Virus record (IMG/VR): IMGVR_UViG_3300025435_001056
Span: 96,001-160,000 of that record
DNA: 64,000 nucleotides
Reading direction: 5' to 3' (one strand)
Origin: a virus
Numbering within the stretch: position 1 is the stretch's first letter; each line of letters begins with the position of its first letter. Of the stretch, positions 1 to 10,706 are shown piece by piece. Both the position numbers and the translations under genes were made by a program. Below the pieces are notes generated by a model. The model was not told the origin of the DNA and did no database searches. It saw nothing but the letters and a program-made list of their open reading frames with translations.

Positions 1-3000
1 CTGGATTAGATCCGCTATTGCTGGTAAACCAGGACCATTCCATGACAAAATCTTTGGTAAAATCAAAAGTAGTGGTATTCCAGGCCACCGAACCACTCTT
101 GGCGGTGGTGTTGGCGGTGAGTTGAACACCGTCACTGAAGTTTGAGTAAGTAGCATCACCTAAGATCGATCCTGTAATTGACCCACCTGTGGCAGGTGTG
201 CCGTGAATCATTGCAGTCCAGTCAAACTTGCGTTGATTAGCAAATATGGCCGGAGTGCTTGAAGACAATACAATATTACCAGCAGTGGTAATGATTGATT
301 GGGCGTTGCTTAAAACAATATCACCACCGGCCGGTATGGTCAAATTACCGGTATTGTCAAAGGTCCAGGTATAACTGCCGGCTACAATGCCCACATTGGC
401 CTGCGATCCTACAATATTGCCAGCGGCACTGTAAGTCACATTGGTCAGGCCAGCACCATTGCCAATGAAGTTACCGGCTGATATGTTACCTGTGGTAGAG
501 ATGCTGTTACTGCCAATATTGGCCAAGTTGGCATTGCCATAACTGGCTGGTAATCCAGTAAGTTGGCTACCATTACCTATGAAGTAGTTGCCGGTGATAT
601 TACCAGCGGCACTGATCACAGACTGTGTGTTGGCCAACAAGATGTCGCCTCCTGGCGGAACTGTTAGGTTGCCAGTGTTGTCAAAGGTCCAGGTATATGC
701 GCCTGCTACCAGTTGAACATTGGCGCTGGTTCCGGTCACATTGCCGGTGATGTTTATGTTGCCAGTTATGTTGCCGGCTGTGATATTGCCTGTGGTGCTG
801 ATCGTGTTGCTACCGTAGGCGGCCAAGAATGTTGCCACATTGCTATTGCCATAGGTAGCTGGTAATCCAGTGAGTTGGCTACCGTTACCAAACAAGTAGT
901 TGCCGGTAATGTTGCCAGTAGTGCTAATCGTGGCCACATTTGAGATTGAGTAGCCTTGCCCATTGAGATTGGCAGTTAGGTTACCACTGAAACTTCCTGA
1001 GGCACCCGAGGCACCTGTGGCTCCTATGACACCTTGTAATTCTGTAGCACTAATAACTGGAGCAGTGCTTTCGCCCCAAGTAATAGTGGCACTTGCTCTT
1101 GGCATTTTCCAAGAATATGTGTATGTGCCAGCCGGTGGGTTATCTATGAAAACTTGGCATACGCTTTGATTTTCGTTGGCTGCGCTGGATTCAAAGAATT
1201 GTGGATTGCCCAGGGCCACAGCACCACGATACCATTGAACAGTTCCAAAAAATGCCGCAGAATTATTGACAGCATCACCCGAACCTACCAGTTCAACTGG
1301 ACCGCCGGTGGTTGTGATGGTCAGGCTCAATATTGTGCCATTGGCATTGACCACCGGAGGACTGGAAACATTGCCCAAGACCTGAACATAGTTCAATGAA
1401 CTCAATGCTCCGGCTCCGGTTGCACCGACTGGTCCTTGTAGGCCAGTTGCTCCGGTTGCGCCATTTGCGCCCGCTGTGCCAGTTGCACCTGTGGCACCCG
1501 AAGCACCAGCTGAACCCGAAGCACCTGTAGCACCATTGGCTCCTGCTGTGCCTGTTGCTCCACGAGCTCCGGTGGCACCTGTAGGACCAGTTGCTCCTGT
1601 GGCACCTGGTGTGTTGGGTGCGGCATCTACCCATTGGCTGCCTGATCCATCGGTATACCACAGGTATAATCTGCCAGAAACTTCATCCCACCAGAGTGTA
1701 GATGCTGTGGGACTGGTTGGTGCTGTGTTGCTTTGTATGATACTGCCCGAACCGCCACCTCCATTGCCAGTGCCCGAAGGTGCGGCCTGCACCCATTGGC
1801 TGCCGGACATGTCGGTATACCAAACAAAGAATGTGCCTGATACAGTGTCCCACCACAAGGTACTGCTGGTTGGTGATCCTGGCGCTGTATTACTCTGTAT
1901 GACTCCGCCGCCGGTGCCGCTGATGTTGGTCAGTTGACTGCCGTCGCCGATAAAATAGTTGGCTGTGATGTTGCCTATGTTGCTGATGCTGAAACCATTG
2001 CCATTGATGTTGGCAGTGAGATTTCCGTTAAACGCACCAGTAGCACCTGTGACGCCTGTGGCACCAGCTACACCTGTAGCACCTGTAGTGCCAGCTACAC
2101 CCGTGGCTCCAGTCTGTCCATCAACACCAGTGGCACCTTTAACGCCTGTGGCACCAGCTACACCTGTAGCACCTGTAGTGCCAGCTACACCCGTGGCTCC
2201 AGTGGTGCCTTTTACACCTGTGGCACCTGATGCACCTATGCCGGTAGCACCTGTAGGGCCTTGAACGCCTGTAGCACCTGGTGTTCCCTGTGGTCCTGTA
2301 GCACCAGTTGATCCACGAACACCTGTGGCACCCACAGTTCCTGCAACACCTGTAGCACCTGCGGGTCCTTGTGATCCAGTGGCACCGGTTGATCCACGAA
2401 CACCTGTGGCTCCTGGAGATCCAGTGACACCTGTAGCACCTGTGGTTCCACGAACACCCGTAGCTCCAGTAGAACCTATGCCAGTGGCACCTGTGGTTCC
2501 TTGTGGTCCTGTGGATCCCTGAACACCAGTAGCACCAGTTGTGCCAACACCAGTGGCTCCTGTGGTTCCACGCACACCTGTAGCCCCTGTTGCTCCACGG
2601 ATGCCCGTAGCTCCTGTGGGTCCTTGGATACCAGTAGCACCTGTGGTTCCTTGTGGTCCTGTGGCACCCGCTACTCCAGTTGAGCCTTGAACACCTGTGG
2701 CTCCTGTTGGGCCTTGTATTTGCCCCACATCATTCCATAGGGCACCGTCATAGACCCAAAGATGGCCAGTGGTTTGATCCAGCACACCGTCGCCGGCTAC
2801 TGCACCTGGGAATGCCGCATTTAATGTGGCCTGAGGATCACCACCCACTGTGGGTACTGATCCAATGATAACAACACTGGTTCCAGCTGGTCCAGTTGCT
2901 CCTGTAGCACCTGGCACTGTGCTATCAGCACCGGTTGCACCTGTAGTTCCTTGTGGTCCTGTTGCACCTGCAACACCAGTTGAACCTGTGGCTCCCATGA

Positions 3001-4507
3001 CCCCTGTAGCACCTGTAGGGCCTGTGGTGCCTTGAACACCAGTGGCACCAGTAAATCCTTGAACGCCTGTGGCTCCTTGCACACCAGTAGAACCAGCTAC
3101 ACCTGTAGCGCCAATTCCAGTAGCACCTGTGACACCAGTAGCACCACGAACACCGGTTGCTCCAGTGTCTCCTTTTAATCCTGATGCTCCTGATGCTCCA
3201 GTAGCACCACGAACACCTGTGGCTCCTACCACACCTGTGGCACCAGTTGCCCCTTCTAGGCCTGACGCACCTGTGGCGCCAGTTGATCCACGCACACCAG
3301 TGGCACCTGTTGTACCAGTGGCACCTGTGGCACCTTCTATTCCTGTAGCACCTGTAGCGCCAGTTGTTCCTGCGTTTCCTGTGGCACCTCTTACGCCTGT
3401 AGCACCAGTGGCTCCATATATACCAGTTGCACCTGTGGTTCCTGTTGCTCCTTTAACTCCGGTAGCGCCTTGCACGCCAGTAGCACCAACGGCACCACTT
3501 GCGCCTGTGGCACCGGTTGATCCCAATGATCCTGTGGCACCTCTTAAACCCGTTGCACCTTGTAGTCCCGACGCACCCGTAGCACCTGTAGCACCTTGTA
3601 ATCCAGAAGCTCCTGTAGCACCTGTGGCACCAAATCCGGTAATTGGCGTGCCATTGGCATAGTTTACTGCAAATGTATTGCCCGGAAGTGTCAGATTGCC
3701 GGCGGTATCAAAGATCCAGGCAGCACTGGCGCCGCTGTGGATTTGTACATTGCCATTGGCAACGGGAATAGCCACATTGCTAGTGCCGTTAAAAATGGTG
3801 TTGCTGGTGGTATTGATACCGGTCAGTTGACTACCATTGCCCAACAGATATGCACCCGAAATATTGCCGTTGGCAGTGATGTGTCCACCAACTTGGATGT
3901 TGCCCGGAATGGTCAGGTTGTCAACAGTGATGTTGCCGCCGTTATAGTCTACATAATCGGCATAAACGGTATTCCATCTCAGGGCAGGAGAACCCAGATT
4001 TCTTATGTGTGCCTGATCGGGCAAGACATGAGCATTGGCTATGACATTGCCAATTCCGTTGGGATTCAACACCAAGTTGCCGTTGGTATTGGTGGTTTGA
4101 ATGGTGTTGTTGGCAATGACTACATTGCTCAAGACCGGACCTGCGGCAAAGATCTGGTCAAAGTTCACATTTACGGCAGTGAAGGCTTGATTCAGTGATT
4201 CACCGGGTGGCACAGTGGGTATGATCTGTTGACCGCCTTGATTGATGGTGGCCAACATGGTGCCCGAACCGTTGGAGACCGCATAGGTGCTGCCGCCAGG
4301 CAAGGTGGTTAAGGTGATGTTGCTGGTAGGGTATCCAACTGTGATGTTACCGATATAGTAGGTGGTATTGGCAGTGATGTTGCCAAATGTTGTGCCGCTG
4401 AAAACGATCGGCAATCCTGGGAACATGTTGGCGGTGGATGCGACAGCAACGGCGTTTCCAATTGAAAATGTGGCTGTAGCCGTGGTTGTAAAAATATTCG
4501 AACTCAT
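1..4507 (-). CDS. Collagen-like tail fibre/structural protein (>1500 aa, runs off the window start)
   Basis: Not in the ORF track because it has no stop in the window. ATG at 4507 ([14 protein letters not shown]...), frame still open at position 2. Long Gly-X-Y (GATGATG) tracts at ~1400-3640, Gly/Asn-rich [12 protein letters not shown] repeats, TAAATA motif upstream on the - strand. Confidence 0.85.
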   Translation of the reverse strand, partial: MSSNIFTTTATATFSIGNAVAVASTANMFPGLPIVFSGTTFGNITANTTYYIGNITVGYPTSNITLTTLPGGSTYAVSNGSGTMLATINQGGQQIIPTVPPGESLNQAFTAVNVNFDQIFAAGPVLSNVVIANNTIQTTNTNGNLVLNPNGIGNVIANAHVLPDQAHIRNLGSPALRWNTVYADYVDYNGGNITVDNLTIPGNIQVGGHITANGNISGAYLLGNGSQLTGINTTSNTIFNGTSNVAIPVANGNVQIHSGASAAWIFDTAGNLTLPGNTFAVNYANGTPITGFGATGATGASGLQGATGATGASGLQGATGLRGATGSLGSTGATGASGAVGATGVQGATGVKGATGTTGATGIYGATGATGVRGATGNAGTTGATGATGIEGATGATGTTGATGVRGSTGATGASGLEGATGATGVVGATGVRGATGASGASGLKGDTGATGVRGATGVTGATGIGATGVAGSTGVQGATGVQGFTGATGVQGTTGPTGATGVMGATGSTGVAGATGPQGTTGATGADSTVPGATGATGPAGTSVVIIGSVPTVGGDPQATLNAAFPGAVAGDGVLDQTTGHLWVYDGALWNDVGQIQGPTGATGVQGSTGVAGATGPQGTTGATGIQGPTGATGIRGATGATGVRGTTGATGVGTTGATGVQGSTGPQGTTGATGIGSTGATGVRGTTGATGVTGSPGATGVRGSTGATGSQGPAGATGVAGTVGATGVRGSTGATGPQGTPGATGVQGPTGATGIGASGATGVKGTTGATGVAGTTGATGVAGATGVKGATGVDGQTGATGVAGTTGATGVAGATGVTGATGAFNGNLTANINGNGFSISNIGNITANYFIGDGSQLTNISGTGGGVIQSNTAPGSPTSSTLWWDTVSGTFFVWYTDMSGSQWVQAAPSGTGNGGGGSGSIIQSNTAPTSPTASTLWWDEVSGRLYLWYTDGSGSQWVDAAPNTPGATGATGPTGATGARGATGTAGANGATGASGSAGASGATGATGTAGANGATGATGLQGPVGATGAGALSSLNYVQVLGNVSSPPVVNANGTILSLTITTTGGPVELVGSGDAVNNSAAFFGTVQWYRGAVALGNPQFFESSAANENQSVCQVFIDNPPAGTYTYSWKMPRASATITWGESTAPVISATELQGVIGATGASGASGSFSGNLTANLNGQGYSISNVATISTTGNITGNYLFGNGSQLTGLPATYGNSNVATFLAAYGSNTISTTGNITAGNITGNINITGNVTGTSANVQLVAGAYTWTFDNTGNLTVPPGGDILLANTQSVISAAGNITGNYFIGNGSQLTGLPASYGNANLANIGSNSISTTGNISAGNFIGNGAGLTNVTYSAAGNIVGSQANVGIVAGSYTWTFDNTGNLTIPAGGDIVLSNAQSIITTAGNIVLSSSTPAIFANQRKFDWTAMIHGTPATGGSITGSILGDATYSNFSDGVQLTANTTAKSGSVAWNTTTFDFTKDFVMEWSWFTSNSGSNP
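1408..3640 (-). repeat. Gly-X-Y collagen-like coding repeats
   Basis: Dense 9-nt-period repeats (gcacctgta/gcaccagtg), including near-exact internal duplications at ~2036-2200. Confidence 0.9.
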
Positions 4508-4564
4508 TAGGTATCCTGGTTAGCCTTTTTAGTTATTTATGGCTAAATGCTTATCCAAACCTTG

Positions 4565-4593
4565 TTGCGTATTGTGCAATCACATGCTATACT
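4565..4593 (+). promoter_or_regulatory. sigma70-like promoter
   Basis: TTGCGT-17-TATACT with extended TG. Confidence 0.55.
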
Positions 4594-4639
4594 AGCATCA
4601 TGCTGTTGTTAAACAGCGTTTAACATAGAAAGGTATCAC

Positions 4640-4903
4640 ATGAAACATTTTAATCCAGAAACAAAAACTTTTAAAGTATTTTCCGCATTGCAATCTGGCA
4701 AGGCTTTGACAGCTAGCCAGGCAAGCAAATTAGGAGTTAAGAACTTATCAGCTGAAATCACCCGTATCCGCCAACATGGATTTGCTGTCTATACGAATTC
4801 TCGTAAAGCTGGCAACGGTGTGCAGGTCACAGAATATGTGCTTGGAAAACCTTCAAGAAAGATCGTAGCCGCCGGTTACCGTGCCCTTGCGTTGGGTCTT
4901 TAA
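4640..4903 (+). CDS. Small winged-HTH DNA-binding protein
   Basis: LTASQA..LGV.NLSAEITRIRQHG pattern, basic, SD aaggt. Confidence 0.65.
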   Translation: MKHFNPETKTFKVFSALQSGKALTASQASKLGVKNLSAEITRIRQHGFAVYTNSRKAGNGVQVTEYVLGKPSRKIVAAGYRALALGL

Positions 4904-5562
4904 TCTAACGCAGTAACACTCCGTTCGGTAGTGTTACTATGGCCCTCGTGCAATGCGAGGGCTTTTTTACGGGCCCAATATTCCTTCATTGTTTGACTTG
5001 TTTTTGTTTTGTGCTCTTCAGTCATCTTCCGACCCTTTAATGCGGCACTTAATTTGGCTCTAATTTCTGGAGTATTTTTATGCCCATGACGGCCTTTTCG
5101 TGTAGCACTCATCTTGGCTCGAGTTTCATCCGTTACTATTCGAGTGCGATTTGCTTCACTAATCTTAGCTCTGGTTTCTTTGCTTAATACACGCCCTTGA
5201 TTTGATTTGCTTATTTTGGCTCGAGTTTCTGCGGAATTTATCTTACCTTTACTAATTTTACTAAGTTTAGATCGAGTTTCTGCGGTATGAGTATATCCAG
5301 TAACACCTTCGCCGCCATCGGTCATATTGCGTAAAATACCAGTTTGTAAATCTTTTCGCCCATACCAACGGATCATTCTGCGTTCAATAGCAAATGCACC
5401 CAATTCAGTTAAATTGGTTTCAAGCATAACAATCCGTTTTTTATCTTTAGGAACTGGAATATTTCGATGCCAGTCCCAAGCACGATTACCGTGCCCTTTT
5501 CCAATATAGTAAGGTGTGCCATCTTGTCTAAGGTAGGCGTAAACATAATAAGTATTGTTCAA
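4900..5562 (-). CDS. GIY-YIG homing endonuclease with NUMOD3 repeats
   Basis: YYVYAY...YYIGKG, NMTDGGEG and repeated (H)T/SxETRAKIS motifs. Likely start is TTG at 5562, 9 nt after AGGAGG. Confidence 0.85.
   Translation of the reverse strand: MNNTYYVYAYLRQDGTPYYIGKGHGNRAWDWHRNIPVPKDKKRIVMLETNLTELGAFAIERRMIRWYGRKDLQTGILRNMTDGGEGVTGYTHTAETRSKLSKISKGKINSAETRAKISKSNQGRVLSKETRAKISEANRTRIVTDETRAKMSATRKGRHGHKNTPEIRAKLSAALKGRKMTEEHKTKTSQTMKEYWARKKALALHEGHSNTTERSVTALD
4942..4968 (+). terminator. Rho-independent terminator
   Basis: gccctcg-tgcaatg-cgagggc followed by T6. Confidence 0.75.
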
Positions 5563-5630
5563 GCTGATGCTCCTCCTGAGCGTTAGAGTAGTTGGGGTTC
5601 CAGCCCGCGAACTACACCTATATTTACCAG

Positions 5631-5659
5631 TTGACCAGTAAATCCATTTCAAGTATAAT
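5631..5659 (+). promoter_or_regulatory. sigma70-like early promoter
   Basis: TTGACC-17-TATAAT. Confidence 0.8.
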
Positions 5660-5687
5660 AGTAGTATATTAAAAATTTAGAGGTTGT

Positions 5688-5942
5688 ATGGATATTACTT
5701 CGTCAATTTATATTGTTCAGACTTATGCGAAAGATCAGGGTTTACGAATTTCGGAAGCCTTGGCAGAATTAGATCATTTGGCCTCGGAGGATTGGATCAA
5801 TACCAGCCCCGGAGCCCCCAAAGGATATCAACGCAAAACTACTTTGGCTCAGGATGAAGCAGTTACTACTTTCTGTAAAAATAGAGCCAAGTGGAGAAGT
5901 CAAGCTGTTCTTGCTGGGTTGGATCTTAGCGATTGGACCTAA
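5688..5942 (+). CDS. Hypothetical protein
   Basis: ORF with SD gagg directly after the early promoter. Confidence 0.65.
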   Translation: MDITSSIYIVQTYAKDQGLRISEALAELDHLASEDWINTSPGAPKGYQRKTTLAQDEAVTTFCKNRAKWRSQAVLAGLDLSDWT

Positions 5943-5981
5943 CAAAATTGTTTATTAATCTAAAATAAGTAAGGAGTCAAC

Positions 5982-6500
5982 ATGCCCAACTGGTGTTCAA
6001 ATCGTGCCACAATCACCGGACCTGAACCGGTAATTGACGAAATCAAACAAAAATTAACTCAGGACAATCCAGAACTCTTGTCTTGGATGGTTCCACAACC
6101 AAACTTTGAAGGTGATCAAGACTGGTATAGTTGGAATATCAACAACTGGGGCACCAAATGGGACATCTGTGATGTCTACATCGACAATGCGGCGGAACAG
6201 GACAGCGTCAGTTTCAGTTTCAGCACAGCCTGGGCTCCACCCATACAGGCCTTTGAAACCTGGGCATTTGAGGATGGGCGTGTCGAGTTTGAACTCAGCT
6301 ACTGGGAACCCGGTGCTGGTTTTGTAGGAACCACTAGCTATGATGGTGAATACATGAATACCGACGAATGGGACTGCGGCCGTGATCCAGATCGCTATAA
6401 AGAAGTGGCCTCCGCAGAATGGGGCTACGAAGAATGGGAAGAACCCGAACCGCTTACTGAATGGTATACCCAAGGTGTCACAGACAAGGGTCTAGCATGA
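5982..6500 (+). CDS. DUF1281/Api92-like ferredoxin-fold protein
   Basis: MPNWCSN, WY.W...NWGTKWD, F.TAWAPP and EPG motifs; SD aaggag. Confidence 0.75.
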   Translation: MPNWCSNRATITGPEPVIDEIKQKLTQDNPELLSWMVPQPNFEGDQDWYSWNINNWGTKWDICDVYIDNAAEQDSVSFSFSTAWAPPIQAFETWAFEDGRVEFELSYWEPGAGFVGTTSYDGEYMNTDEWDCGRDPDRYKEVASAEWGYEEWEEPEPLTEWYTQGVTDKGLA

Positions 6501-6862
6501 TTGAACTTGACGTAGGAGCAGTGGTCATTGGCATGGTTCTTGGTGTAGTGCTGATTGGTGCGGCAGCCTGGTATGAAGTGCATCGTTTTGAACGCCAGCT
6601 GACACGCATGATCAAGACTGCCATGAAAGACACCATGTTTGGTCTGGAAGTTGAACAGGATCACGGTGTATTTTTCTGCTACAGCGCCGAAAACAAACAG
6701 TTTGTGTGTCAAGGTGCCGACCTGGAGCAGGTGAGATCTGCGTTTAGACAACGCTACCCAGATCGTGTGGCTTATATCGTAGGTGGTGATCCTGCCGCAG
6801 TAGAACAACTACAGGCACAAATTGCTCAACAGGAATCCCATGAAACTAGCCCTAGCATCTGA
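6497..6862 (+). CDS. Hypothetical membrane-anchored protein
   Basis: ATG overlaps the previous stop (ATGA); N-terminal hydrophobic helix. Confidence 0.65.
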   Translation: MIELDVGAVVIGMVLGVVLIGAAAWYEVHRFERQLTRMIKTAMKDTMFGLEVEQDHGVFFCYSAENKQFVCQGADLEQVRSAFRQRYPDRVAYIVGGDPAAVEQLQAQIAQQESHETSPSI

Positions 6863-7760
6863 CATACATTTAGAATTTGGTCCTATCACCCTGACCAATG
6901 ACGAGTCAGCTGATGTGTTGATTCTAGCTGGCGATATCTGTGTGGCTCGACACTTTGCAGATGGCAAGCCCACTTACCAGCAAACCTTGGCCAAGGAATA
7001 TCGTGCGTTCTTTGACCAAGTCACTCGGGAGTTTCCGCAGGTGATCTACATCATGGGCAATCATGAACACTACTCGGGCGATGTGGCTAAAACATACGCA
7101 ATTCTACAGGAGCATTTGGACTACCCTAACCTGCATATTCTTGAAAAAGAAACCTGGAAGTATCAAGATGTAACATTTATCGGCGGAACCTTGTGGACCG
7201 ACATGAACCAGCTGGATCCACTCACTCTAAACTACACACAGGGCGCAATGAACGACTTCCGTGAAGTCGTCAACAGCAATAGAATGGTAGTGCGCAATGT
7301 TCCCATCTATGAGCGCAATCCCTTATGGACTGCGGATGGGCAGAACGGTGGACAGTATAGCAAGGATGCGACAGGGGCAATGATCAATATCGGCTACAAG
7401 AGCAAAGAAGAACCGGCTAGGTGGACTCCTGAAGACAGTGCTCTTGATCATGCTAAAATGTTGTCATACATTGATCATGTGACTCGCGATCCCGGTAGCT
7501 ACATTGTGGTCGGCCATCATTGTCCTAGTGAACAGAGTGTAGCGGCACAATACAAGGGCGACCTGTTGAATGGTGCATTCCGTAGTAAACTAGATGATTT
7601 TATTGAGGCTCGTCCACAGATCCGGTATTGGTTACATGGGCATACGCATCACAACTTCAACTACTGGATTGGTGAAACTCGTGTGGTATGCAACCCACGC
7701 GGCTATGTGGGCCACGAGTCCAGTGCAGATTTTTTTAAATTGCAGTATTTGGAGGTATGA
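6840..7760 (+). CDS. Calcineurin-like metallophosphoesterase
   Basis: SDIHLE, AGD, GNHEHY, HH and HGHTH motifs. Confidence 0.9.
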   Translation: MKLALASDIHLEFGPITLTNDESADVLILAGDICVARHFADGKPTYQQTLAKEYRAFFDQVTREFPQVIYIMGNHEHYSGDVAKTYAILQEHLDYPNLHILEKETWKYQDVTFIGGTLWTDMNQLDPLTLNYTQGAMNDFREVVNSNRMVVRNVPIYERNPLWTADGQNGGQYSKDATGAMINIGYKSKEEPARWTPEDSALDHAKMLSYIDHVTRDPGSYIVVGHHCPSEQSVAAQYKGDLLNGAFRSKLDDFIEARPQIRYWLHGHTHHNFNYWIGETRVVCNPRGYVGHESSADFFKLQYLEV

Positions 7761-7939
7761 TGAACTGGATTCGCTACTCAGGCATCACGGTTAGCCTAAA
7801 CTTAAATCCACTTCACTGGTACTGGCGTCCTATCGCCCGTGCTGAACACAACTCAGAATGGGGATCACCATGGCGTCAGTGTCGAGCAGGTTGGTTGTTT
7901 ATAAGTGTTCTGTTATACTTGGATGATGGGAGTTGGTAA
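7757..7939 (+). CDS. Hypothetical Trp-rich small protein
   Basis: Overlaps the upstream stop; SD ggagg. Confidence 0.55.
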   Translation: MMNWIRYSGITVSLNLNPLHWYWRPIARAEHNSEWGSPWRQCRAGWLFISVLLYLDDGSW

Positions 7940-8130
7940 TGATTGTAGGTATGCAACATGCAGGTGAAGAACATAGGTGTAATGTATGCTCATGTGAGTT
8001 TACTGACGACGAAGGTGGTGTGGTAGGCTATTTTGGTATCTTGCCTGTGGCCTTTTGCCCAACCTGTTACAGCAGCATGGTCGACATGGTGCAACAAGAT
8101 CTTGACTCCGGAGAAGAACTGTGCGAATAG
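7939..8130 (+). CDS. Small Zn-finger-like protein
   Basis: CxxC...CxxC; translationally coupled. Confidence 0.55.
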   Translation: MIVGMQHAGEEHRCNVCSCEFTDDEGGVVGYFGILPVAFCPTCYSSMVDMVQQDLDSGEELCE

Positions 8131-8345
8131 AATCGGCCGACGGCCAGGAAGGTTATCTAATCTGGTGTGGCGGAGATCGCTATGTGTTTAGAATCTACAG
8201 CAATGCGCCGCATGACTTTGTTGACTACGACCTGCGACATACCGACATGAAAGTTCGGATTGTAGACTCAGATGCGTTCTTTTATAGCGACGACAAGGGC
8301 GACTGCATTGACCATAGTCCTGCAACATTAGGAATCAAATCATAA
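8121..8345 (+). CDS. Hypothetical protein
   Basis: Packed in the operon; GTG start. Confidence 0.55.
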   Translation: MRIESADGQEGYLIWCGGDRYVFRIYSNAPHDFVDYDLRHTDMKVRIVDSDAFFYSDDKGDCIDHSPATLGIKS

Positions 8346-8728
8346 TGGGCATGTTTGATCAACTGTGGTTTGAGGGAGAGGAGTATCAAACAAAAGATAC
8401 TCCAAGTCAGCTGTTGGATAATTACAAGATAGAACAGGAACCGGTTTCAGGTAACTGGTATCTGTGGCATGAAGAATACGACACCGACTGGGTCGAACAG
8501 CCCGGTCGATGGAGTAGCGGATACCTGAAACAGTCAAACCAGCGTTGGGTCCACTGTGCGGACTTTACCGGCACCATTCGCTTTTATCGTAGAGATAGTG
8601 AAATCGAACAGTGGATTGAATACGAAGCGGAATTTGTTGATGGTGTCAAGATTACAATCAAACCTGTGTATGATGAACCGTTCACACGCTGGTATGAGGC
8701 CGGCGTAAAAGACAAAGGACTAGAATGA
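8345..8728 (+). CDS. Hypothetical phage protein
   Basis: MGMFD...YQTKD pattern; coupled TAATG start. Confidence 0.7.
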   Translation: MGMFDQLWFEGEEYQTKDTPSQLLDNYKIEQEPVSGNWYLWHEEYDTDWVEQPGRWSSGYLKQSNQRWVHCADFTGTIRFYRRDSEIEQWIEYEAEFVDGVKITIKPVYDEPFTRWYEAGVKDKGLE

Positions 8729-8922
8729 ACGAACGGATTAGACAACTTGCTAAACAGGCTGGACTATTAGGTCCTAGTAGCCGAGTAGGAAATTCACACG
8801 AAGCCACAGAAAAGTTCGCCGAGATGATTGTTAGAGAATCTGCCCATGTTGCTTTAATGAGTAACGGAAACAATCTACATGTCTGCGAGTTGATTAAACA
8901 ACATTTTGGAGTTGAAGAATGA
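8725..8922 (+). CDS. Hypothetical phage protein
   Basis: MNERIRQLA...EKFAE.IVRE...IKQHFGVE; coupled start. Confidence 0.7.
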   Translation: MNERIRQLAKQAGLLGPSSRVGNSHEATEKFAEMIVRESAHVALMSNGNNLHVCELIKQHFGVEE

Positions 8923-9560
8923 AAATTTGGACCTCGAAATACAGAAATCACTGGATCTCACCGTATGTGATCCTCAAGACCATTTGTTTTTGGGAGAAAG
9001 ACGAAGATCGCATCTACAATCTCACGGATGACCCCAGCAATCCATACGACCGTTGGGTCAAAATTCTAGATCCCATTTGTAAAGGAATACAATGGTTCCT
9101 GGATCGAATTCACCCACGCTGGACTTATGTTCGCGTTGATCCATGGGATACCTGGAGTTTTGATCATACCTTGGCAGACATTATCTTACCAGGACTAAAG
9201 CAGTTACAAGCTACCAAACACGGTGCACCACACACCGATGATGAGGATGTGCCAGAATACTTGCGTAGCCACATGGCACAACCCAAGGAAAATGAGTGGG
9301 ATACTGATAGTCTTTGGTTTATGCGTTGGGACTGGATTCTTTCGGAAATGATCTGGGCCTTTGAGCAAAAGGTCACAGATGATGCTGACAGCCAGTTCTT
9401 TGATCATTCGGAATGTGGTGATGAAAAATTGCCATGGAATCGGGATGGTCAGTATGTGAGCAAGATCAAGTATGATCGAGAAGGACATGCGGCATGGCAG
9501 GCTCGCAAGGACAACGGTTTCCGCCTGTTTGGAAAGTATTTCGAGGCGCTTTGGACCTAA
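8919..9560 (+). CDS. Conserved hypothetical phage protein
   Basis: DTWS.D.TLA.II.P.L and GF.LFGKY..LW patterns. Confidence 0.75.
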   Translation: MKIWTSKYRNHWISPYVILKTICFWEKDEDRIYNLTDDPSNPYDRWVKILDPICKGIQWFLDRIHPRWTYVRVDPWDTWSFDHTLADIILPGLKQLQATKHGAPHTDDEDVPEYLRSHMAQPKENEWDTDSLWFMRWDWILSEMIWAFEQKVTDDADSQFFDHSECGDEKLPWNRDGQYVSKIKYDREGHAAWQARKDNGFRLFGKYFEALWT

Positions 9561-10057
9561 TGGCCAAAAAGAAAAAGCCCAATTCAGCCGATGGTCGCGA
9601 CAGCTACGACTCAGAGTCCACGGGTGAGTTGATCCAGTTCTTCAACAAGAATGTCACACCTTATCCAACCGAAGTAGGTGGCCCTAGTTTTGATCTCATA
9701 CCGGTTGAGAAGCAAAAGGACATCATGGTCAACGTGGCCCGCATGCACGGCCACCAAGAGTATAATCGTATCATGGAACTGGTAGCAGTGCTACAGCGCC
9801 AGGCCGATGATGTGCGCCGTCGTTTAGATATAACCGATCTGGTGCATGCGGCCCGTTACCAGTTTCAAATCTATCATGGTCAGTGCTATTGGCTGGCCTT
9901 GGATCATAGAAAAGGTGGTAGCATTTTGGTCCAAACCGGACCGACCGAATGGGCCACCGGAATACCTGAAGGTTATGAGTATATCTGTAGAGTAAAATGG
10001 TTGGGTGATTACACCTGGATTGAGGTTGATCTAAATGGCGAAAGTGTGTTAAAATAA
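9560..10057 (+). CDS. DUF2452-like protein
   Basis: YPTEVG.P.F, A.Y.F and GD.TW pattern; start overlaps the upstream TAA. Confidence 0.6.
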   Translation: MAKKKKPNSADGRDSYDSESTGELIQFFNKNVTPYPTEVGGPSFDLIPVEKQKDIMVNVARMHGHQEYNRIMELVAVLQRQADDVRRRLDITDLVHAARYQFQIYHGQCYWLALDHRKGGSILVQTGPTEWATGIPEGYEYICRVKWLGDYTWIEVDLNGESVLK

Positions 10058-10060
10058 TAT

Positions 10061-10309
10061 ATGACAAGAAAAACCGCAATGGAACAAATTGTAGCTTTTG
10101 CAGATCGAACAGATCGAGTTCATGAACCCGTTACCCGAGAGGCATTTGAGCAATGGAAACAGGACTTTACCTTTGAAGCCCTGCAAGGACAACGATATGG
10201 ACAGAGTTTCTGTAACACCTTTGGTATCACAGACAACTTACTGTATTATACTCAGTGGCCCGCAGATCAGGTCAACGACTACATTGTGAGATATTATCTT
10301 GCAGGATAG
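10061..10309 (+). CDS. Hypothetical protein
   Basis: RYGQSFCN.F motif; ORF in operon. Confidence 0.65.
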   Translation: MTRKTAMEQIVAFADRTDRVHEPVTREAFEQWKQDFTFEALQGQRYGQSFCNTFGITDNLLYYTQWPADQVNDYIVRYYLAG

Positions 10310-10706
10310 AACACTCTACCTGGCCTATGGGGCCAACATGCACCCGGCGGCCATGTCATGGCGATGCCCTAAGGCTCTGGGCGTAGGGTCATTTGTTCTG
10401 CGTGATTGGGAACTACAGTTTTACAACCATGCTACCATTGAGCCCAAGCGCGGCGCGGCCACACACGGAGTCTTGTGGGCCATCACCGAGGAATGCGAAG
10501 CTCATCTGGATGCGTTTGAAGGATTCCCCAGTTACTATACCAAACGCACCTGGATACAGGATGGCCAACAGTTTTTCTTTTACGAAATGACCGATCCCAA
10601 GTCAGGCCGTCCCAGCCCAGGCTATGTGGCCGACATCAAGGAAAGCTATGAATTCTGGCAGATGCCTGTACAGGCCTTATTTTCCGCACTCAATGAACCT
10701 GCGTAG
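10299..10706 (+). CDS. Gamma-glutamylcyclotransferase (AIG2/GGCT-like)
   Basis: YLAYGANM, G.LW and LD.FEG.P.YY motifs. Confidence 0.8.
   Translation: MQDRTLYLAYGANMHPAAMSWRCPKALGVGSFVLRDWELQFYNHATIEPKRGAATHGVLWAITEECEAHLDAFEGFPSYYTKRTWIQDGQQFFFYEMTDPKSGRPSPGYVADIKESYEFWQMPVQALFSALNEPA

Noticed and set aside
1408-3640. Repeat array as a possible CRISPR or VNTR
   Set aside because: The repeats are degenerate 9-nt codon-periodic coding repeats with no constant repeat/unique spacer structure.
963-4198. Many Pro-Val-Ala-rich + strand ORFs and Gln/Val-rich - strand ORFs
   Set aside because: They are shadow frames of the Gly-X-Y collagen gene on the - strand.
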